DNA of 61,194 nucleotides. Source: Ruditapes philippinarum (Eukaryota). The position numbers were made by a program, and so were the translations under genes. Below, piece by piece: positions 11,698 to 24,917 of the stretch. Position 1 is the first letter of the stretch. Every line of letters begins with the position of its first letter. The notes under the pieces were generated by a model, which saw only the letters and a program-made list of their open reading frames with translations, was not told the DNA's origin and did not search any database. The stretch covers positions 1 to 61,194 of the forward strand of contig NW_026861066.1 of assembly GCF_026571515.1 (NCBI RefSeq). The letters are read 5' to 3'.

Positions 11698-13561
11698 ATA
11701 CATAATATCATATAAGTAAAATTCAGACCCCAGGGTATTGTCCCCACAGTGCACTGTCACTTAATGAACATATTTCTTCCGTTTCTTTTAAACTGGTCAA
11801 TTACATTATAATGTTATCTCTAATTTATTTTGATTTGATAAGTTATCTTTAGTGTCTACCTGTATTATTCTTTTCTTTTTAAATTGATTATACATGTATA
11901 AAACATCAATCAGGAAGTTAAAATTAACAATAAAGAGCTATATCTTTTACAGAATGATTACACATAGATAAATATGATGTGACTATGACGCATAATATAC
12001 TGAAAACAATACAAGCTAAAGATAAATATGGATGTAAATTGTATGGTTTATCCGTTCAGTTGATTGTGTTCTAAAATCTTAATCATGACCATGACTCATC
12101 AGTTGAGATAAATTAACAAAGATGACATATAATGAAAAGGAACAATATATTTAGAATGGGGGAAAAGCAACCTGTGAATAGGAATAAATAATACAAGTTT
12201 CCCACCACAGAATGTAATTAAAACAATTGGAACAGAGCCCTTCCTTTTCTCAGTTTGACTGTTTAGAAGTTATACTCTGGACAAGCATTGTCAAAAAAAT
12301 ATATAAAGGAAGAATAACTCAGAAAGATACATGTAATTAAAAAATCAAGCAATCAATAGAATTGTGGTTCTTTGACACTGCAGCATCTGCCCTACCCTAC
12401 AGTTCACTATTATGTATCACTGTCTGAAGTTTTAATCAAATTCCTCCAAAATTTTCAAATTATATTCTGGAAGTATTATAAGGGGAGATAATTAAGCATT
12501 TAAAAGTGAAGTTTCTTTGACACTGCACTTGTCTTCATCTTTCTAGTCTTCAATAAGATATTGATAGTTTAGAAATTATACTCCAGACAAGCATTATTTA
12601 ACATTTTTTAATAACAAAAAAGAAGACAATTTAAATACAAAGCAAGATAAAATTATGGTTCTTTGACAACTTCCTTTCACTGGTATCTATCACGGTTTCA
12701 CCATGTAAAGTTATAATCAAATTACTCCACAATACTTTTAAGTTATTCTCTAGGCAAGCATTATTAAGTTTTATAAAAGGATACAAGCATTATTAAATGT
12801 TATAAAGGGAGATAATTTTAAAAAACTAAGCTATGCAGAGTTAAAATTACATTACACAGAACAATTTAAATTCTTTAAATTTTGACATTAGCAATTTTTT
12901 TTAACATAACTTACACTCCTTTCCCTCCATTATGGAAATCCTGGTAATGACCGGGTTGCATTTATTCCAGGGGTGCATTTATTAAAGAATATACAGTATG
13001 TTATATCTCTCAACAAAGAGTAAAAAATTGTTCCCATGTTATATAACTCAACAAAGTATTAATATTACATTGTTTCTATGTTAGATAATTGCCATGCGTC
13101 TTACTCCCTTAATATCAGCTTACTCAAATTTTGGCACTATTTTCTTAATTTCAAACCGTTGCAACATAGAATACATAAATTTTATTTTTTCCATATATTA
13201 TAAATTATGTTGGTTAAAGTACCTTTAACTACAAAAATCATCAAGTATGGATATTGCATCTTTACTATGAATATATGATAAAACCTTGACGAAAAATGGG
13301 CATGCGTAATTAAGTCAAGTATCAAAATTCCCTTAAAGTTTATAATTGCTTTTTATAGGAACACTGGGAATACATTTATTATATCACTTTATCAGTTCAT
13401 AGAATATAAACTTTCTGTTTCAATTTTATTTCACCACAACTTAGATAAACCTGTTTCATTATGTACCAGATATAATTACCAGTGATAAGTGAAGTAAGTT
13501 GACAATTAAATTAAAGCTTGAGAGGGAAAAACAAATATAAAGTGAAAAGGAGTATTAAAAC

Positions 13562-15130
13562 ATGGCGTTTTTCATGTCAAGATTTGGAAAACATAATGAA
13601 GATGAACATGAAAATGGTTCCGATGATGTACGTGAGGGGTGTAGGGCGTGTAACAAATGTTTCATACGAGGACATAAACACAATGCTGTATCATTCTGTC
13701 CATCGTGTTACATTTTTCTGTGTCAGGCATGTACCACAGACCATAAGCAGAGAATACAAGATCACGGTCTGATTACTGATGATTTTGAACTATGCGAGGA
13801 ATATGTTAAACTGAAAAAACAAATCAACTACGCCACCATTGAGCTAACGCAAACTGGTAATGAAGCTGACAATGAAGCATACTTAGCCGAGTTATACAGG
13901 GACAAGGCAATTGAAGAAATACATAACGAGAGGGAAAAGATTAATATAATGTTAGATAAAGAAAAGATCAGAATCAATAGTGAACTAGACGAAATGGAGA
14001 CAAAAATAAAAACAAGAATACTTGAAAAATACACAAAAGATTTTGAGAAGTTCAAGTCCGTTAAAGAAGAAGCAGAATCGGTAAAAAAAGACATACAAAC
14101 GTTAAATCAAACTTACAAGTCTCTGCAACAGATGCCAAGTAATATTTCAAATATAGTGGCAACTTGCCAAGAGCAGTATTCAGCACTAAAGCCAAAGGTC
14201 AAACAGGCTGTTCATCATAACGAAGTTACACAGTACAAATTTGAACCCGAATGGGAGCAGAGCATGAAAAAGATGTCTGTGCCAAAACTAGGACATATTC
14301 TGACACTTGATCTTGTTAAGGCAACAGGAATTGTCACGTACAAGGGAGAAATCAACGTTCATTCACCAGCAGTAGATAGGGAATTTTGTAATATAAAAGG
14401 AATGTGCATTCTTTCAACACAATTGCTAGTTGCTGCTGACCAACAAAACAATTCCCTCAAACTACTGGACAGAGAGCAAGGCAAACTGGTGTCAACCATT
14501 CCGATGCCGGCTGGACCCAGAGATGTGACAACAATTAAGGGCACTCAAATTGCTGTCACCCTGCCAAATATGAAAGTAATCAAAATATTGACTTTGTCAA
14601 GCGACGGTACTGTTTCTGATGATTCTTTCATACCAGTTCATGGAGCATGCCGCGGAATTATCCACAATCATGGAAAATTTATTGTTTCATTTGACTTTCC
14701 AAAAAGTGAAATTAAAATAATAGACGTGAATGGAACAGTAATAAAGAACATGGACATTAGACGTAATCCAGAGAGCAAATCTAGCCTGGCAGGCCTGGGT
14801 ATGAGCCCTGATCACAAAATGATCTACGTTGCTGACGAGGACAATGGATCTGTCACTTGCTTGACAACCTCCGGAAAGGTCAAGGCCATTTATAAAAATC
14901 CTCATTTTGAAAAGCCTCGAGGAGTGGCAGTAGCTAGCAATGGGCTTGTTTATGTAACAGGAAAAAGTAAAATTCACGAACTGTCACCTAACCTCGGTCA
15001 CGGGAGAATTGTGATGGATCGTAGTCATGGAATCAATTCCATACAAAGTCTACTGTACTGTGAACAAGAGAATCTATTCTACGTAGGAATGATTGCTCAA
15101 AACACAATAAAGAAATTCCATATTGAATAA
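13562..15130 (+). CDS. Intronless B-box + coiled-coil + NHL protein (RING-less TRIM-like), copy B, 522 aa
   Basis: Same length as copy A; 32 amino-acid differences by manual count (~94% identity). Confidence 0.85.
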   Translation: MAFFMSRFGKHNEDEHENGSDDVREGCRACNKCFIRGHKHNAVSFCPSCYIFLCQACTTDHKQRIQDHGLITDDFELCEEYVKLKKQINYATIELTQTGNEADNEAYLAELYRDKAIEEIHNEREKINIMLDKEKIRINSELDEMETKIKTRILEKYTKDFEKFKSVKEEAESVKKDIQTLNQTYKSLQQMPSNISNIVATCQEQYSALKPKVKQAVHHNEVTQYKFEPEWEQSMKKMSVPKLGHILTLDLVKATGIVTYKGEINVHSPAVDREFCNIKGMCILSTQLLVAADQQNNSLKLLDREQGKLVSTIPMPAGPRDVTTIKGTQIAVTLPNMKVIKILTLSSDGTVSDDSFIPVHGACRGIIHNHGKFIVSFDFPKSEIKIIDVNGTVIKNMDIRRNPESKSSLAGLGMSPDHKMIYVADEDNGSVTCLTTSGKVKAIYKNPHFEKPRGVAVASNGLVYVTGKSKIHELSPNLGHGRIVMDRSHGINSIQSLLYCEQENLFYVGMIAQNTIKKFHIE

Positions 15131-15308
15131 AAAAAGTATTTTACAAAATTATTCAACTAATTCGCAACCTGTTTAGTTCTATCCGGTTTGCAACAATTTG
15201 TATATACATGTACAAGCTCATTAGTCATTAATACAAATTAAAAACTGTTAATTATTTAATTATTACATTATATTGCTATTAACTTTTGGACAAAGATGAA
15301 CAAACATT

Positions 15309-15551
15309 ATTTGAGCCGTGTCACAACATAACCAACAAAATGCGTTTGCGACCAGCATGGATCCAGACCAGCCTGGGCATCCGCGCAGTCTGATCAGGAT
15401 CCATGCTGTTCGCTTACCAACTCTATTACAAGTAGAGAAACTGATAGCAAACAGCATGGATCCTGATCAGACTGCGCGGAGGCGCAGGCTGGTGTGGATC
15501 CATGCTGGTCGCAAACACACTATGTTGGTTTTGTCGTGACACGGCTGACAT
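15309..15551. mobile_element. ~240-bp foldback MITE (TGAGCCG...CGGCTCA family), copy 1
   Basis: Long TIRs containing CAGCATGGATCCAGACCAGCCTG; empty site in copy A at ~9090 (ACAAACATTATTTTTGTTAT). Confidence 0.85.
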
Positions 15552-18500
15552 TTTTGTTATTTATGCAATGGTAATTCAGATGTTAATACTTCATACAGTG
15601 TATATCAGGGGTTTATACACATGCAAGTAATTTCACATGATAATGTCCATACCCCATAGGTGCCAAGCCCATATTTCCTTATATGGCAACAAAACCAGTA
15701 ATGACTAGGAAGTAAACTGAAGAGTGAACTAAATCACATAAGCTATCCTGACAACCTAAAACAAATGTTGCTTCAAATGTTGAGGTTAAGCAGGATATCT
15801 TGTAAAGCAGCATACCTATACCTAAACTTACTGCCTAAAGTCAACTGGCCTAGTGCTCGAACATTTTTCCGCAAACAGCCAGTAATAAGAAAGTATCAGT
15901 TATCATAATCTATGATGTATATGTTATTATAATATAATGTTAAATTTGTAAATAAATATACTTTGTATTACTATTCATTAAATTTTCTAAAATGGGATTT
16001 TTGATCAATGCATATATCGGATATCAAGTCAACTTAAGTGGCTGTGTATCAGGTATTATCATATCCTAATTTCAACTCTGATAGCTGCATTGTGTCTATA
16101 ACAATTTAAACTATTAATATAAAATATGATATTATAATACAAGGGTTTTCACATTATTAAAGAGCCAGGCCAGCATGCACAACCTTATGTCTGACCAGAC
16201 TCTATACTGTTGGCTGACTAAATTTTCTAAATTTTTTATCATGATATCCCCCAGAAAATTTGAAGTAGGTCAAGTCAATTTACGACATTCAGCAAATTAA
16301 GGGCTCAATAATAGAACATTTAATTAGAACTTGAACTATTTCCTAATGCTAAGCATGTAACACTTCACTTCACATATTTCAAACTATTTCCTAATGCTAA
16401 GCATGTAACACTTCACTGCACATATTTCATTTTAGCTTGTATGTGAATAAAGCTTGAAGCTTAAACATCAGTCATTTGTAACCCTGTAGACCTTTAGTCT
16501 GTTCTAGCACTGACATGTCAATACAGACTTTAAAGTCTCAATGTTCAAATGTCATGGAGAAATTTCACCTTGTCGACGGGTCAAACCATCAATGATGCTC
16601 ACCCAGTTGAATTAAGCAGGTGTAAATATGAAACAACAACTAAAGCAAGAAAAACTGGTCATTACGATAAGTCAATAATGTGCAATCAGGCGAATCACAT
16701 AAAAATGCTTTTTATCGTGTGTTAATTATTTTAGGTTTTTCAAAGTTTATTTATGTTGGAATTCAAAGGGATGTTTATAAGATGGAGGAGGAAGAAAAAT
16801 TCTCTGCAATAATAAAATAAAAACCATATTTCAAAAAGAAATGTCATTAAGACTGGTTTTCTCGATGTGCCAATATAGTCATGTACATGTATATATTGCG
16901 AATATATTGCAAATATATTAAAGAATACTCTTAGGACTGAGAGAAATTTGTATAATACACTCTTCACATAGGTTGTTTTATATATGTAATTAAAATGTTA
17001 TAAACAGATTATTGTTATTCTTTTGTTATTCTTCATTTAATTGTATATGTTTTAAAGCATATAAAGCTATATGCCATGGAATATTTTCATAAAATTCAAA
17101 AGGAATAATGGCTCATCTGAATAGAATTATAAAGACATTGAGTTGAAACATCAATTTTACAAATTTAAATTTGCTCAACAACTGGGCCTCAGATATTGTG
17201 GGGACATGTAAATGTTTTCAGTATTGAGCCTTTCAAGAGGAAGTGGCTTCTGAACTCTTATCGGCTGTACCTGAAAGGGATAAGATTGCCAACTTTAAAC
17301 CATTTAATCCCTCAGTTCTTTTCCATAAACAGAGGCAAATTGTGTCAGGGCTAGGGTAAAAGAAAATATGTTTAAATGAAAACAAATTGATCACAGCTTT
17401 TCTTCTTTAGTTTTAATGTGATAGCATAGTTTGTACAATATAAAACTATTTTTAGACTACCGTATAAATACTGCTGTCATTTATTACAAAACAATGTTTG
17501 GAAGGTACGCTCTTCGTAAGATATCATTTGGAATGAATTATTCTCATCCTACAAACCATTGGAATTTAATGCTTAACATATAACTTGTAAATCTTGTTCA
17601 CAAAAAAATGTTACCCAACTGAAATACTGTGATATATATACTATGTATATGATGTCAAAAATTTTAATACTGATAATATTTTTTTGGAATTTATTTAAAT
17701 CTTACCACCCTAAATATCTTAAATGGACTTTTCAATCTTTCAATCTGGACAAGGCCATTTATCATTTTTAGGGTAAATTTCAAAATATGAACTGACTGAA
17801 TAGCTAACAGTGCAGTCCATGATAAGACAACAAGTCTGTGCTGTGTGATTTTGATCTGCACTGAATGCAAGGGTATACAATGTATTTAGTTTGCCCAAAC
17901 AAAAAGCAGACGTACCTATAAAGTCGACAAAAATTAGTCCATAGACTTGGTAGACATTCATATTAAAAAGATATGACATTACCAGTTTCAAAATATGGAT
18001 CAGAATCGAAAAGCTAGGATAAAATGTCATAAAACGGCTTGAAAATTCTTAGATAAAAGGATAACGACTTAAAATTTCAGATATATAAAGGTCTATTCTA
18101 ATGTTGTCACAAGTTTTCAATAAAAATATAAGCATTAATATGTATCTATATATTACACACATGTAATATCACATTCACATAGCAGGAATTATATCCATTT
18201 GTTTGATATTCATTTCTGGTTTACTAGGAATCTAAAATTACCTTCTTTTATAATGCTGACGAGTTTGACAATAGCCAATGTTACAATCTATATTTAACTT
18301 AATGTACAACAAATAATTTTCAACATATTTCTTGCATGTGTTATTAAATTCAACTGGGTCTTTTTAAAATGACATTTTTGTTGAATTAACTTCACAAAAG
18401 ATAACATGAAATAATAGAATGTTTCAGGCACTTTTATAATATTATTATATGTATATGTAAAAGAAAAATACTAGAAAATATAAATATTTCAAGTTTTGGC

Positions 18501-18910
18501 TTGAAAACAACAATACTAATGTTCTTTTTGTTAGCAAAAAAATGTGTATGCAAATAACTTTCATTTACATCATTACTAATGTTTATTTGCCATTATGATT
18601 TCATTTTAAAATGATCGGCATATAATTTTATGAGAAAATCCAATTATTTACTTGATTTACTAACAGTTTTCTTGTTCTAGCATTTTTAAATAATTAGTTT
18701 TTTAACCATTTAGTTTCAAATAGTTTTTAATTGATTAATTTTATTTATTTCTATGTGTATATAGGTAAGCGAGAAAAAAAATTACTACAACAACAACATT
18801 ATCAGATTTTCAATCCATTCTAAATACATGCATGTGTTCAAATTAAAAATTCACAACCTAATGGTTTATAGACCAGTGTTAACACAACACTGATTTATAC
18901 TTTATTTATT

Positions 18911-19268
18911 TTAAGCTGCATGCCTTCAAATGAGCCAAAATATTTCAAGAAAATTAAACTTGCGAAAAATGTACTAAAATTTTAAGAAAAGTAAAAAGAT
19001 TCAAGTATTAATTCACATTTCATGTGTGATTAATCACCGACTTTTGCATTATTTATCCCCATATTTTTACTTTGTGACTTACAGTAATGTCTATATTTCC
19101 ATATTTTGACCTCTCTTTTTAAAATTACCTATACTGTAATAGGCGTTTTCAGTGTGTCATTTCATTTCTTTGTTCACTTCACAAAACAATGTATTTTACT
19201 TTTAATTAAATACATTTTCCAAAATTTCAATGATAATTAGCATTAAACTGAAGGCATGCTGCTTTAAA
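18911..19268. mobile_element. TTAA-flanked MITE, Kolobok-like (AGCTGCATGCCT...AGGCATGCTGCT)
   Basis: TIRs flanked by TTAA; same family as 21521-22507; isolated end at ~26412. Confidence 0.65.
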
Positions 19269-19838
19269 CATTAATTAACTTAATCAATGAATAAAATAGA
19301 ATTATCAATAACTGTCTTTTACTAAACATTATGCTATATGAATAATAAAGCGATAACCTACAATATTTGCCCAACATTTGGACAAGGAAATCATCAAATG
19401 ATGCATCACTTTTTGTTTAGTTTTAAGAACAACCTGTAAGCCATTTAAGTACACATCACATGAAAAAAAAAACAAAAAAAACATAGGGAATTGTTCTATA
19501 TATAAAATGTTCATTCATGAAAAAAAAATCCCTGATTTTAATCTATTGCTGAAAACTGGCCTGGTTGAATACTGTAAATATTGAGCAATGGTTTACGTGA
19601 ACTGTAATGTTTTTTACTTGAATTGTAATATTTAAAATGTAAAGTCCTAATTCTAGCTTATGCTGAAACCATAACTAAAAAGTCAACAGTAAAGAGCCAG
19701 GGCAGTCTAGAGACAAGACTCTATACTGTTGCCTGACCCGCTTACAAATTTTCTTGTGATATCCGTTATAAAGATAACTAATTGAGCATAAAATACAATT
19801 CTTGATTCTTTCCCCCTACTCCTCTAAGCTTAATCATC

Positions 19839-20081
19839 ATTTGAGCCGCGTCACGACAAAAACAACATAATGCGTTTGTGACCAGCATGGATCCAGACCA
19901 GCCTGCGCATCCTCGCAGTCTGATCAGGATCCATGCTGTTTGCTATCAGTTTCTTTACTTGTTATAGGGTCTGTAAGCGAACAGCATGGATCCTAATCAG
20001 ACTGTGCGGATGCGCAGGCTGGTCTGGATCCATGCTGGTCGCAAACCCATTATGTTGGTTTTGTTGTGACGCGGCTTATTT
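19839..20081. mobile_element. ~240-bp foldback MITE, copy 2
   Basis: Same sequence family as 15309. Confidence 0.85.
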
Positions 20082-21520
20082 AATTCTAGTATCTCAAGTA
20101 TGCCATATATGCCTGAAAAGGAAGCCCTAATAAAGGGGACCTATACCAATGAAACTTATTAACACTATTATATATAATAAAACATGAACAAATTGATGAA
20201 ATACAGTACTGATTGAAATGTACATGTATCTGTATTAAATAAATTTGTCTGAGAGAAACAAATATGAGCAATTGACTTCCAGCCAACAAGTATTGGCCAG
20301 AAGAGGGGCATGGAATTGTCTAAGGTTCTACAGAATGAATTTGAAAAATGTCCATGTACATTTATGCATAGATCCCTACATGACACTAATCTTTCCAATT
20401 TGAATTATCATATTAGTCAGATTAGTGAATTATAATAAGAATTTCACCACAAAATAATTCTTAACAAAAGAGCATATGTCAATGCTTTAGGTCAAATCTA
20501 TTGTTATTCAAATAAAAAGTCATAGTAGGGATCTATCAATACTTAAGGTTATAGATTAAATATGTTTAACAATATGGAATAGCACTTTTGACCTACATTA
20601 CAACTGCCAATTTCTCAGAAAGGTTATAGAAAATAGTTTATAGATTACAGTAATATATATACGTTAAAAATGCCCTTCAAAGACTAACTCAGATATGTAT
20701 ATTTTGACTTAGTATGATAAAAATTATATAAATAGTAAAAACTATGAAGTCAACTGCATTTTCTTAAAATTCACTTTAATATACCATTTATCAGGTTTTT
20801 CTTTAAGTATCTAATTTTCACTATATTTGTGTGCAATGAATATTGCGAAAGTTCAGATACAGTAAGCAAATATACTAAAACAAAAAAGAAACTTTCACAT
20901 TCTCCAAGTTTGGATGTAGATATGTTAGTACAGTTTTTCAATCCTTTTGAAACTCGATTTTTACGTTGAATAAACATATCGGGCTTTTATACGGGGATAA
21001 GCTGACCGATTTTGCAAACACAATGAGTTTTGCAAGCTACTACATGTATATAAGTGTGTACATCTAAGTCGTACCCTTGAACAACTGGCACATACTTTGC
21101 GAAAGTTTCTTTTTTGGTTCAGTATAGGTATTTTTGTTAACACTTAATTCAACCAATTGTCTGATATCATAACACAATTCACACCATGCAAAATTTCGGC
21201 TGAACAGCCTTCTTCCAGGTATGATAAACTTTCTAATTGCAGAAATTGAACATTTATAAATGACATACCGAGTTTAAAACTGTTCATTTTTCTATAATAA
21301 TAAAATAAATGCAAAGAAATACAAGTTAGGAACACCATCTTTTGATTTGACAGGAGTTTTAGTGTTTCTTTCTTGCTTTGTCTCCACAAATAAAAGCCAA
21401 CTTCCCCACATTATTAATTATTGGTAAAGAAAGTATTATAGAATATATGTATAATGTCATAAAATGAAATTTTGATTGAAGACAAAAATTAATATCCCTC
21501 TGATAATGTTGAAATATTAA

Positions 21521-22507
21521 TTAAAGCTGCATGCCTCCAGATTAGCCAAAATATTTCAAGAAAATCAAACTTGACAAAACTAGAACTGTGTCCAAAGGAC
21601 ACGGATGCCCCCACTGACAACATAAATATGGTATATAGTGAAAAAATCAACAAAGGGCCATAATTCTGTTAAATTTGGTCGCAGCAAAAATTCCTTCCTT
21701 TACTTCCATCTACACATTAAGGTTGTTCATCCCTTGAAGTTTAAGCAAAATCTGCCATCCGGTTTAAGAGGAGTTGCGTTCACAATATTTCTATATGGTA
21801 TATAGTGAAAAAATCAACAAAGGGCCATAATTCTGTTAAATTTGGTCGCAGCAAAAATTCCTTCCTTTACTACCATCTACACATTAAGGTTGTTCATCCC
21901 TGGAAGTTTAAGCAAAATCTGCCATCCGGTTTAAGAGGAGTTGCGTTAACAAAATTTCTACATAGTATATAGTGAAAAAATCAACAAAGGGCCATAATTC
22001 TGTTAAATTTGGTCGCAGCGAAAATTCCTTCCTTTACTGCCATCTACACATTAAGGTTGTTCATCCCTGGAAGTTTAAGCAAAGTCTGCCATCCGGTTTA
22101 AGAGGAGTTGAGTTCACAAGATTTTGGGACGTACGGACAGATGGACGTACGGACGTACAGACGGACGTACGGACGGACAGACAAGTGCAACGCTATATGC
22201 TCCCACTTTGTGGGGGCATAAAAATGTTAAGAATCTAAGCAAGATAAGTAAAAGAATTCAAATTTCAAGTAATAACCTTAGTACAATATTAAATGTGATT
22301 AATGACTAATTTTGTAGTATAAATCAAGCACATTTCTACTGCGTAACTTACAAAGTAAGGGCTATTCTTACATAATCTGACCTCTTTGTTGTAATTTCAT
22401 TGGATTGGAAAAAATAATGCTTTGTTCTCTTCAATAAAGTTTACTTTTAAATACAGTTTAAAAATGTTCATGAAAACTAGCATCAATCTTGAGGCATGCT
22501 GCTTTAA
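21521..22507. mobile_element. Kolobok-like TTAA MITE interrupted by a nested HINE
   Basis: TTAA|AGCTGCATGCCTCC ... GAGGCATGCTGCT|TTAA. Confidence 0.6.
21579..22221 (+). mobile_element. HINE/Pearl-like element: 3 x 167-bp core repeats, GACG-type microsatellite, 3' hairpin
   Basis: 5' GTGTCC-AAA-GGACAC hairpin and ATGCCCCCAC subTIR; repeat units at 21638/21805/21972; GGAC/GGACGTAC microsatellite; 3' ATGCTCCCAC-TTT-GTGGGGGCAT hairpin. Confidence 0.8.
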
Positions 22508-23818
22508 AGGACAATCTGAAGAAAAACTTATCTACATCAAGAAAAATCATGACTAGTAATTAATTAATGGTTTTACAACAATACATACAATTATATGAAA
22601 TAATTCTAAAAATTACTTAAATTTTACAAGAGACCTGAAATACATTGTTTACTTGTAACACTGGATTTGTTCAATTAGATATAGCAGTTTGCTACTGTCA
22701 ACAAATTTTCTAAAGGCCTTTCCTTGTATTCAAATTACCATTAAAGTGAATTGGTCTGTAAAGAAATGAATAATTACTTTAATGGAATTTCATAATAGAC
22801 ATAACAACAAACCACGAAAGAATTATACATTGTACATGGAAGTTGTTGGTAAATGTGAGATACACAATGGGGTATTTCATATATTTATTTATCACATACC
22901 CATGTTGCTTTTTGCGTAAAAATAGAATTGTATGGACATGCATATATTTTGACGTGAGGTCATTTGCGTTATATAAAGTTAGTGTTTAGACTCGCTAAAT
23001 GTTAGCTTTATACTAAAGGCACGTCAATGAAAAATGTTACTTTTTCACTTCGAAAGGTCTTTCCTTTGGTATGTGATAAATAGAATATCAAATTTGTGTA
23101 AGGTCATTACTGAATTTATTGAACTTGTTGAATAAAATGATATTTTGCTCGCCAGAGGTTGCATAATATAATTTTATTCAACTCATTCCATAAATTCAGT
23201 CTTAAACCTACACTCATGCAATATCCTCTTTATAACAAAAAATAAAATGTTCTAGAACAAAATATTATTATGTTCATTCTACATCACTTAGAACTTCATC
23301 AACATTTTTTTCAAGAAACATTTCATAAGATTAAACATATGTTACATTTCTATTGTTTTTATCAATATATGAAATAATTAAGGAAACTGCGCCAATTGTA
23401 AACCTATCCACTTTATCTTTTTAATGTACACATAAATTATGATATAATAGCACCTTATTACAACACCAAACAAGCTTTTATAAAAACAAATCTATCGACC
23501 ATATTTCTTATGTTTAAAATAAGTCTGAAAAAACATGATCAATAAAATATATTCATAAAAATTAAAATGGAAGACTTATAAACAGTAATATACCAGTAAT
23601 GTACTAGTATAATATGCCAGTAACATGTTAGTAATATACCAGTAACATGTCATATAACAGAAATATATCAGTAATGTTCTAATTATATACCAGTAATTTA
23701 CCTGTATTATGCTAGTTATATAGTAATATATCAGCAACATGCCAGCTTTATACCAGTTACATGCAAGTAACATACCAGAAACATACTAGTAATATATCAG
23801 TAATGTACCAGTAATATA

Positions 23819-24836
23819 CGAGGGTTGTCACAAGATTGTTTAAAAGCTAGATAAAATAGGTACGAATTTGATATTTTACTATGTTATAGACTCATATTAT
23901 TGAAACATTTTCACAAATTTACATAGAAAAATATCAACAAACAACAAACATATGCCGTAAATACCATGGCAACTATCTGAATCGTGGCGCGCGTCAAACG
24001 TCAAAGACCGTGTTAAATCTATATAAGGCGCCTTTCTCAAATACATGAAATACTCTCAATGGCTTTCAATGCAAAATAATGGTGCAGCTTTACCCATAAA
24101 TCGTCAATTACAGACTTAAATCATGTGGTTGTTAATGTCTATTGAATGTTTGGATGGCATGCATAAATTTTGGCTATACGCGAACTTCCAGTCCCGTTGC
24201 ACCTGCTTTTAGCTGTAGGAAATAGGCGATGGAGATTGGTCTTCCTTTTCGTGTCTTCCTTATTTTCGCTTTTTGTAGTGCAGAACTCTTGTTCTGTTCA
24301 TGCATGTAGTAAACAAATGCTCAGGATATGTTGCTAAACTGTTCTATTTGGTATATTTGTTGAAAATCGTAACAAGTGTCATCTCGAAATAGTCACGAAA
24401 CCTGAGTGATCTGTTCACTGCACCGCAAATTCTTCCAACGTCGCCATTTTAACTTTCCTATTTTCTACGAGATATTTTCATTTATCTGTAGCATGTTCGT
24501 TTCTTAAGTTATTTAACTAAAATTTTCTGAGATAATGTAAACATAGCAGCAGAGGAAGTCAACGTGTCATTGTGCAGACACATAATCAGATATTTGAAAT
24601 ATACGTAATTAATTTTAGCCTATTCATAACAAAATGTAAATTATTTGACGTGCGCCTGCAACTCAAACCAATGTTGTTCATACTGAAATTTCTAAGTAAC
24701 TAGAGTAAATATTTTATAAATGATTTGTTGTAATGTTAAATAATAAACTTAACGGTTAAATGTGTGAATTATTATTTATTGGCGTTAAAAATGAACCGTC
24801 TATAAAATTTGTCACAGACTTTTGGGACAACCTTCG
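23819..24836. mobile_element. Tc1/mariner-type non-autonomous element (~1 kb)
   Basis: TA|CGAGGGTTGTC...GGGACAACCTTCG|TA; matching left-end fragment at ~60512-60556. Confidence 0.75.
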
Positions 24837-24888
24837 TACCAGTAATGTTCTAGTAATATAACAGAAATATACCAGTACAGTACTAGTA

Positions 24889-24917
24889 AAGAGATGTAGA
24901 TGTTATCTATGTCTCTG
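24889..24917. mobile_element. 29-bp hairpin micro-insertion with 7-bp TSD
   Basis: ACTAGTA|AAGAGATGTAGAT-GTT-ATCTATGTCTCTG|ACTAGTA; opposite-orientation copy of 52099-52127. Confidence 0.7.

Larger units (their letters stand above)
10904..17544 (+). repeat. Tandem segmental duplication, copy B
   Basis: Colinear with 5414-10866, with extra segments at 11545-11697, ~12040-13297 and 15309-15551. Confidence 0.85.

Noticed and set aside
15263-15539. Recurring ORFs MDPDQ.../MLFAISF... (also 19933, 26075, 26133, 27974, 33054, 58748, 58830)
   Set aside because: Products of the foldback MITE; only the end of ORF 27974 is real (AKR exon 9)
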